NCBI GenBank assembly: GCA_030621805.1
Contig: JAUXGY010000001.1
Span: 1 to 41,721, forward strand
DNA: 41,721 nt
From: Kiritimatiellales bacterium
GTDB taxonomy: Bacteria; Verrucomicrobiota; Kiritimatiellia; Kiritimatiellales; Pontiellaceae
Reading direction: 5' to 3'
Part shown: positions 10,611 through 17,156 of the stretch, one piece after another
Numbering within the stretch: position 1 is the stretch's first letter
How the letters are laid out: every line of letters starts with the position of its first letter
Program-made: the position numbers and the translations under genes
The notes under the pieces: generated by a model
Database searches by the model: none
What the model was told of the DNA's origin: nothing
Seen by the model: the letters and a program-made list of their open reading frames with translations, nothing else

Positions 10611-12527
10611 ATGGGCAGGTTTTCAACGATAATACCGAATATTGAATACTGGAAAGAGAATATTCCATGTCAAAATGCGTGCCCGGTTCATACGGATGCG
10701 CGGGGCTATGTTCGGGCGATTGCCGATGGTGATTTTGAAAAAGCCTATCTGATTGCCCGTGGGCCAAACCCGCTCGCTTCGGTCTGTGGTCGAGTCTGCG
10801 CCGCTCCGTGCGAAGCTTCCTGCCGCCGCGGCAAGATTGATGATCCGATTTCCATCCGCGGCCTCAAGCGCTATGTCACCACCCAATATGGCTCCGAAGC
10901 CAATCCCGAGGGTGGCCTGTTTGACTACTTAAAGGAAAAGCTACAGGAGCGGCAGTGCGAAGGGGTTGAAGAACTGCGCAACTATATTGATGGCTATGAC
11001 GGCTCGGGAGCGAAGGTGGCGATCATCGGATCGGGGCCGGCCGGATTGGCCTGCGCGCACGACCTCGCGTTGATGGGCTTCAAGCCGACCATTTTTGAAT
11101 TAGAATCCGTTGCCGCCGGTATGCTCTATGTCGGCATCCCGGAATACCGTCTGCCGCGCGACCTCATTCGCGCGGAAGTCGGCGTGGTGGAATCGCTCGG
11201 GGTTGAGATTAAATGCAACACCTGCATCGGAGAGGATATCACGCTCGACCAGCTACTGGCGGATCATCAGGCTGTCGTGCTGGCGGTGGGGGCGAAGAAA
11301 AGCCGCGCACTTCCCATCCCCGGAGCGGAAGGCCCCGGCGTGTTGGCGGGGATCGATTTCCTGCGCGACGTGGCGTTGGGGCGGTCGGTGACGATCGGCA
11401 AAAAGATTATCGTGATCGGCGGCGGCAATGTTTCCTACGATGTGGCGCGCAGCGCGTGGCGCAAGAAGGGTGAGGAGATTGAACCGAACCCCGCACGGTT
11501 TGTTGGCGAGGATGTTTCTCGCGTGGCGATCCACGAGGGCGACCACGCCGAAGTCCACCTCTGCTGTCTCGAAAGCCGCGAGCAAATGCTGGCCGACGAT
11601 ATTGAAGTGGAGGAGGCCGAGGAGGAGGGCGTGGTTCGCCATAACAGCATTGGTCCGCAGGAGGTTTTGCGCGATGCCGATGGCCGGATTACCGGAATGC
11701 GCTTTTCCAAGGTGATTAGCCTCTTTGATGAATCCGGGCGTTTCAGTCCTACCTTCGACCATGACCAAGCGGAAATTATCGAGTGCGATACGGTACTCGT
11801 TTCTATCGGCCAAATGTGCGACCTCAGTTTTCTCAGCGATCATCATGGCGTGGAGTTGAATGAACGCAACTATCCCGCCCACGACCCCGAAACCTTTATG
11901 ACCTCCGCCGATGGAATCTTTGTGGCGGGCGATCTACAAACCGGGCCGCGTTTGATTATTGATGCCGTGGCCTCGGGCAAAAAGTGTGCGCGTGGAATCT
12001 ATCAGCATTTGACGGGCAAGGCGGTCGATACCGAGAGCCAGCAACGCCACTTTGAGCTGGAGGACTATTCCCGCGAAATCGGCTACGAAGCCATCGGACG
12101 TTCGGAGATTGCCACGTTGCATCCGGAGGAGCGCCGCAGTTTTTCTAAGATTGTCGAACTCGGCTTTCAAGAGGACGAGGCTACGCTCGAAGCCTCGCGC
12201 TGTCTCGACTGCGGCGTGAATACCATTTTTGACGGCGAGCGCTGCATCCTGTGCGGCGGCTGTGCGGATGTCTGCCCTGAGCTCTGCCTGCGGTTGACCT
12301 CCGTCGATCAGCTCGATCTTTCAGGCGATGAATTAAAGGCGGTATTGGCGGACTGCGCCGAGGGCGTGGATTTGGCTGAGTGCTCGGTAATTATTAAGGA
12401 TGAAGACCGGTGCATTCGTTGCGCCTCCTGCGCGGAGCGGTGTCCGGTCGGCGCGGTTTCGATGGAGCAGTTTTGCTACCGCGACGAAGTGAAGCCGGAA
12501 TGTGCATTGGCAATAGGGGAGAAATAA
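10611..12527 (+). CDS. NAD(P)H-dependent FAD/FeS oxidoreductase (GltD/NfnB/DsrL-like) with C-terminal 2x[4Fe-4S] domain
   Basis: PCQNACP, CGRVCAAPCEASCRR, GSGPAG, GIPEYRLP, GGGNVS, EASRCLDCG, CILCGGCADVCP and CIRCASCAERCP; no signal peptide; alternative start 10590. Confidence 0.92.
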   Translation: MGRFSTIIPNIEYWKENIPCQNACPVHTDARGYVRAIADGDFEKAYLIARGPNPLASVCGRVCAAPCEASCRRGKIDDPISIRGLKRYVTTQYGSEANPEGGLFDYLKEKLQERQCEGVEELRNYIDGYDGSGAKVAIIGSGPAGLACAHDLALMGFKPTIFELESVAAGMLYVGIPEYRLPRDLIRAEVGVVESLGVEIKCNTCIGEDITLDQLLADHQAVVLAVGAKKSRALPIPGAEGPGVLAGIDFLRDVALGRSVTIGKKIIVIGGGNVSYDVARSAWRKKGEEIEPNPARFVGEDVSRVAIHEGDHAEVHLCCLESREQMLADDIEVEEAEEEGVVRHNSIGPQEVLRDADGRITGMRFSKVISLFDESGRFSPTFDHDQAEIIECDTVLVSIGQMCDLSFLSDHHGVELNERNYPAHDPETFMTSADGIFVAGDLQTGPRLIIDAVASGKKCARGIYQHLTGKAVDTESQQRHFELEDYSREIGYEAIGRSEIATLHPEERRSFSKIVELGFQEDEATLEASRCLDCGVNTIFDGERCILCGGCADVCPELCLRLTSVDQLDLSGDELKAVLADCAEGVDLAECSVIIKDEDRCIRCASCAERCPVGAVSMEQFCYRDEVKPECALAIGEK

Positions 12528-12528
12528 C

Positions 12529-13005
12529 ATGGATTCAGAAGAAAAAAAAAGCGATTCGGGCGATCGCCGGGATTTTGTGGGTAAGTGCGCTGCAGGGGCT
12601 TTTGTGGGAGCGGTTGGTCTTGCGGCGGCCGGTTCGTTGTGCGGGCTAAAACCTTCCGTGCTGCCCGATCCGTCGGAGCAGTTTAAGATTGGTTCCGGGC
12701 AGGATTTTCCGGTCGGTTCGGTGAAGGTGTTTGAGAAGGAAAACGTCGCGGTTTTCAGCGAGCCGGACGGGCTATACGCCATCTCGCTGGTCTGCACGCA
12801 CCTCGGTTGCATCGTCAGTTTGAACGCCAAGGAGGGTCAGTTCGACTGTCCGTGCCACGGCTCCCGGTTTACCCTCAAAGGGAAGGTCACGAGGGCGCCA
12901 GCCCCGAAGCCGCTACCTTGGTTTAAGATCACGGCGCAGCCGAGCGGCGCGTTGATGGTTGATAAGGGTATTTCCGTTGAGAGCGGAACGAAGGTGGTGG
13001 TATGA
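12529..13005 (+). CDS. Rieske [2Fe-2S] subunit of a Rieske/cytochrome b complex
   Basis: Tat-type RRDF plus TM anchor; CTHLGC and CPCHGS boxes. Confidence 0.96.
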   Translation: MDSEEKKSDSGDRRDFVGKCAAGAFVGAVGLAAAGSLCGLKPSVLPDPSEQFKIGSGQDFPVGSVKVFEKENVAVFSEPDGLYAISLVCTHLGCIVSLNAKEGQFDCPCHGSRFTLKGKVTRAPAPKPLPWFKITAQPSGALMVDKGISVESGTKVVV

Positions 13006-14564
13006 GCGACCCGAACAATAAACCCGGACTGCTCCAAGTTCTGGAAAACCTAAAGAACCTGCCTGCCAATGCGAAGGCGAGCTTCAGCCGCCGTGGCCCG
13101 GCGGATGGAAGCCGCCGAACCCGCGCGCAGACGGTATTCAACAATGTCTTCATGCACATTCACACGGTGCGCATTCACCGCTGGTCACTCAAGCCGACCT
13201 TTACGTTTGGCCTCGGAGTCGCTTCGGCGGCCTCGTTCATCATTTTGGCCGTGACGGGCATTGCATTGATGATCTACTACGAACCCTCGACGACCGGCGC
13301 ATACGAATCGGTTAAGAATATTACCTTCGTGGTGCCGGGCGGGCGGCTGATCCGCAACGTGCATCGCTGGGCGGCCTATATGATGGTCGTGACGGTTTTC
13401 CTTCACATGATCCGCGTGTTCTATACGAACTCCTATAAGAAGCCGCGCGAGTTTAACTGGGTGCTCGGCGTGATTCTTTTTGTCCTCACGCTGGCGCTGT
13501 CGTTCACGGGCTATTGCCTGCCGTGGGACCAGTTGGCCTACTGGGCGATCACCATCGGCGCGAACATTGCCGGTAGCCCGGTCGAGGTGACCGATGCGCT
13601 GGGCGTGACGCACCTCGTCGATGTTGGCGCGATGCAGAAGGAACTGATGCTCGGCTCCAAGTTTGTTGGCGGCCCCGCGCTGCTCCGTTTCTATTGGGCG
13701 CATTGCATCCTGCTTCCGGTCGCAATGATCGTGCTGATTCTTGCCCACGTTTGGCGTGTGCGCAAGGATGGCGGCCTGTCGCGCCCGAGCGACATTACCG
13801 ACGAAGATTTAAAGGGGACACCGATCGAAGAGTTGGCGGAAGAAGCCTTCTCTGAAAAGTCGCGCAAGAGCTATGGCCTGATGTGCGTTGTGCGCAACAA
13901 AACGGCGGCGGTGGATCGCGGCCCCGAGCGCACCGTTATGAGCTGGCCGCATCTGTTCAATGCCGAGATGCTCATCTTTGCCGTGCTTCTGGTCGTTCTG
14001 TTGATTCTCGGTTTGCTGGTCGATGCGCCGCTAAAAGAACTGGCGAATCCATCGGTTCCCGAGAACCCGGCGAAAGCGCCGTGGTACTTCCTCGCGATGC
14101 AGGAAATCATCTCCTACTCAGCCTTCTGTGGCGGCATGGTGATGCCCGGTTTGACGGTGGTTTTCCTAATGGGTATTCCGTTTCTTGATCGCGAAGAGGG
14201 CGACTCTGGTCGCTGGTTCGTCGGAGACGGCGTCAAGCGCACCACGATCAAAACAACCATCGTTTCCTCCATTGTGATAATCGGCATGCTGGCGTTCACC
14301 GTCACGTTCGGTTGGTTGCGCAACTGGTTCCCAGACATTAACCAGATATGGATCACGATCGTGAACCCCGGAACGGTACTGATGAGCTTTTTTGTGGTGA
14401 TTGCTTTCGCGGTCATCGCCAAAACGCGCTCCACCCGCCTTGGGATGACCGTGCTGTTTACCTATTTCTTAGTCAGCTTCGTGATCCTAACCTACTTCGC
14501 ATTGGTTCACCGCGGACCGAACTGGGACTTCTACTGGTGGCCCTCGCTTTGGCCTACACATTAA
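13002..14564 (+). CDS. Cytochrome b6-type subunit fused to subunit IV
   Basis: Heme b His pairs RNVHRW...FLHM and WAHC...LAHV; SFTGYCLPWDQLAYWA; subunit IV part WPHL...NPAKAPWYF; ATGA overlap with the Rieske gene. Confidence 0.95.
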   Translation: MSDPNNKPGLLQVLENLKNLPANAKASFSRRGPADGSRRTRAQTVFNNVFMHIHTVRIHRWSLKPTFTFGLGVASAASFIILAVTGIALMIYYEPSTTGAYESVKNITFVVPGGRLIRNVHRWAAYMMVVTVFLHMIRVFYTNSYKKPREFNWVLGVILFVLTLALSFTGYCLPWDQLAYWAITIGANIAGSPVEVTDALGVTHLVDVGAMQKELMLGSKFVGGPALLRFYWAHCILLPVAMIVLILAHVWRVRKDGGLSRPSDITDEDLKGTPIEELAEEAFSEKSRKSYGLMCVVRNKTAAVDRGPERTVMSWPHLFNAEMLIFAVLLVVLLILGLLVDAPLKELANPSVPENPAKAPWYFLAMQEIISYSAFCGGMVMPGLTVVFLMGIPFLDREEGDSGRWFVGDGVKRTTIKTTIVSSIVIIGMLAFTVTFGWLRNWFPDINQIWITIVNPGTVLMSFFVVIAFAVIAKTRSTRLGMTVLFTYFLVSFVILTYFALVHRGPNWDFYWWPSLWPTH

Positions 14565-14576
14565 GGAACTTGGACG

Positions 14577-17144
14577 ATGATAAAAAAACTCCTTTTAGTC
14601 TGTAGTATCGCAATCGTTGCATTGCTTGGAATCGAGGCGGTCAAACTGGTCGTTACGCCCGAGTATAAGACGCATCAAAAGAGATATAAAAAGATGCTGG
14701 TCGAAATGGCAGTCACCGCCGACGAAAAAGCGGCGGCGGATGCTTATGGCATCAAGCTCCGCCAGCTGGTGTGTCCTGATTTGGGCACAACGGATCGGTG
14801 TATTTCCTGCCATGCGGCCATTGAAGATTCACGCGTAACGAACGGCGTAAAGCCGCTGGTCTCGCATCCGCACGGTCTGCTCGTGGATCACGATATCCGA
14901 AAAATTGGCTGCACGGTCTGCCACGATGGACAGGGGCTGGCGACCAATAAAAAAGAGGCGCACGCCAACGAAATCCACTTTTGGGAAAAGATTCGGTTGC
15001 AGGGCGAACTCGTGCAGGCCAACTGCCTGCGCTGCCATCATATTGAAAGCCTACCGGAGCAAAAAACGATCCAGCTCGGCCATAAACTATTTGTTGAAAA
15101 CGGCTGTCGTGGATGCCACAAGATTGGCAACTCCGGTGGCTTCCTCGGCCCAGACCTTACGCTGATCGGCGATGCTTCGTTCCACTTGAAGGCCCCCGTG
15201 GGGCATAACCGACAGGAGGAGATCGGTAAGTTTAATCACAACGTCAATTTGGCTTATCTTTTTGAATCGGTAAAAAATCCGACGGCCAACGCCGAAGATT
15301 CCAAGATGATCGACAACCATTTCTCGGACGAGGAAGCTCTCGCGCTGGCCGTTTATCTCAAGAGCTTCCAAACCAAGAAGGTTCCCGACAGCCTTCAGGC
15401 GTTCGATAAGAATATTCCCGTGGCATCCGGTCGCGACATCTTCCTGGCGCACTGCTCCGCCTGCCATGGTTCCGAAGGGCAGGGGGCACCGTTGGATGAA
15501 ACCGATAAACTCGGGCCGTCACTCGCGAACGAAGCCTTCCAGTCCATCGCCACGCCGGAATTTGTTAAGGCCATGGTCATCGATCCCGGCAGCTCCATCA
15601 TGCCGGCCTGGGGCAAGTCCGGCGGACTCTCCGAAATAGAGATCGATAAGGTTGTGGCCTATGTCCTTTCGCTCAGGAAATATCCAGAGGAGAAGGATGG
15701 CGATGCGGAGTATGTTGGGAATCCAACCTACGGGAAAATCCGTTTTGAAAGCCGCTGCGCAGGATGCCACGGCATTGATGGAGACTATGAAATCGATCTC
15801 ATCGGCCCAACGCTAACGAGCCCCGAATTCAAGACCTACGCCACGCCGCACTTCCTCGAAACGACGATCCGAAACGGGCGCGCCGGAACGGCGATGCCAT
15901 CATGGTACTTCCTCGAAAATAAAGAGGTAAAAGACATCGTGGCCTTCCTTTCCGGTCGCCGAGAGCAGGCACCGCCGCTCGCGGAATGTTTGGAAGCCGC
16001 CGCGCAGCCCCAAGCAGCGGAACACGGCAAGAGCATGTTCCAAACCCGCTGCGCTTCCTGCCACGGTTTCGAGGCCGAAGGTCGCATCGGGCCGTCGCTC
16101 AACACGCCGGAACTGCAAGTCCTTGGGTCGAATGAATTTTTTCACCGCACCATTACTCACGGTCGCGAAGGCACGGCGATGGGGGGATGGGCGCATCTCT
16201 CGGCAACGGAAGTCGGATCGATCATGGCCTACCTGCGCACCTTCCCGAAAGGTACGATCCGTACGGCGGCACATAAAGCGGTCGCCAGCGAAAGCCAGGG
16301 CAAGGTTAACTTTGACCGAGTGTGCGCACAGTGTCATGGACCGGATGGTGTTGGGCATATTGGTCCCGCAATCGGCGGCAGGGATTTCCTCGCTTCGGTG
16401 GACGATCAATTCCTGCGCGAAATGATCAGCCATGGCCGCAGCGGAACGGGTATGCGTTCGAACCTTCAGGGCACCTCGGGCTTTGCCGGACTTTCGGCCT
16501 CGGAAATTGACGAGGTAATTTCTTATCTGCGCGTACTCGAAACCAAACCCTTCTCGACGATTGGAAGAACGGTTACGGCGGGCGATATTGAAGTTGGGCG
16601 CGATCTATTTGCCCGCACGTGTGCGCAGTGCCATGGCCCTGCGGGTAGTGGCGGTTCCGGCCCAGGCATTGGCCGACCGGGCTTCCTTGCAACCGTCAGC
16701 GATGGCTTTCTCGAAGGCACGATTGCCAACGGACGCACCGGCACGGAAATGCGCGGCTTCTCGCCGGGGCAGCATGCGCTGGCCGATCTGGCGGAACCGG
16801 AAGTCCGCGCCATCGTGGCTTACCTCCGTTCGGGCATCGACCACGACAAGCTGGTGCCGCGCGAAATTATCGGCACCCCGGAGCGCGGTGCAATGTTGTT
16901 TAAGCAGCAGTGTGTGTCGTGTCATGGCGATAAGGATGGCGAGAGCTTTGCACCGTGGTTGGCGAACCCGAAATATTTGGCGGCGGTGGGCAACCCCTAT
17001 CTACAGGCCACCATGTCGATGGGCCACGGCGCAAACATGCGTTCGATGATTCGCGGCGGTAGCGGGATTGTGGAAATGACGGGGCGGGATATCAACGACA
17101 TCATCGCCTACTTACGTAGTGATTTAAAAAATGACGATAAATAA
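14577..17144 (+). CDS. Membrane-anchored decaheme cytochrome c
   Basis: 10 CxxCH motifs (CISCH, CTVCH, CLRCH, CRGCH, CSACH, CAGCH, CASCH, CAQCH x2, CVSCH); N-terminal hydrophobic anchor. Confidence 0.95.
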   Translation: MIKKLLLVCSIAIVALLGIEAVKLVVTPEYKTHQKRYKKMLVEMAVTADEKAAADAYGIKLRQLVCPDLGTTDRCISCHAAIEDSRVTNGVKPLVSHPHGLLVDHDIRKIGCTVCHDGQGLATNKKEAHANEIHFWEKIRLQGELVQANCLRCHHIESLPEQKTIQLGHKLFVENGCRGCHKIGNSGGFLGPDLTLIGDASFHLKAPVGHNRQEEIGKFNHNVNLAYLFESVKNPTANAEDSKMIDNHFSDEEALALAVYLKSFQTKKVPDSLQAFDKNIPVASGRDIFLAHCSACHGSEGQGAPLDETDKLGPSLANEAFQSIATPEFVKAMVIDPGSSIMPAWGKSGGLSEIEIDKVVAYVLSLRKYPEEKDGDAEYVGNPTYGKIRFESRCAGCHGIDGDYEIDLIGPTLTSPEFKTYATPHFLETTIRNGRAGTAMPSWYFLENKEVKDIVAFLSGRREQAPPLAECLEAAAQPQAAEHGKSMFQTRCASCHGFEAEGRIGPSLNTPELQVLGSNEFFHRTITHGREGTAMGGWAHLSATEVGSIMAYLRTFPKGTIRTAAHKAVASESQGKVNFDRVCAQCHGPDGVGHIGPAIGGRDFLASVDDQFLREMISHGRSGTGMRSNLQGTSGFAGLSASEIDEVISYLRVLETKPFSTIGRTVTAGDIEVGRDLFARTCAQCHGPAGSGGSGPGIGRPGFLATVSDGFLEGTIANGRTGTEMRGFSPGQHALADLAEPEVRAIVAYLRSGIDHDKLVPREIIGTPERGAMLFKQQCVSCHGDKDGESFAPWLANPKYLAAVGNPYLQATMSMGHGANMRSMIRGGSGIVEMTGRDINDIIAYLRSDLKNDDK

Positions 17145-17156
17145 GGAGACGGGAAA

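Noticed and set aside
10611-12527. Glutamate synthase small subunit or true DsrL
   Set aside because: No gltB or dsr genes in the window; the extra ferredoxin domain and coupling to Rieske/cytochrome b point to another role.
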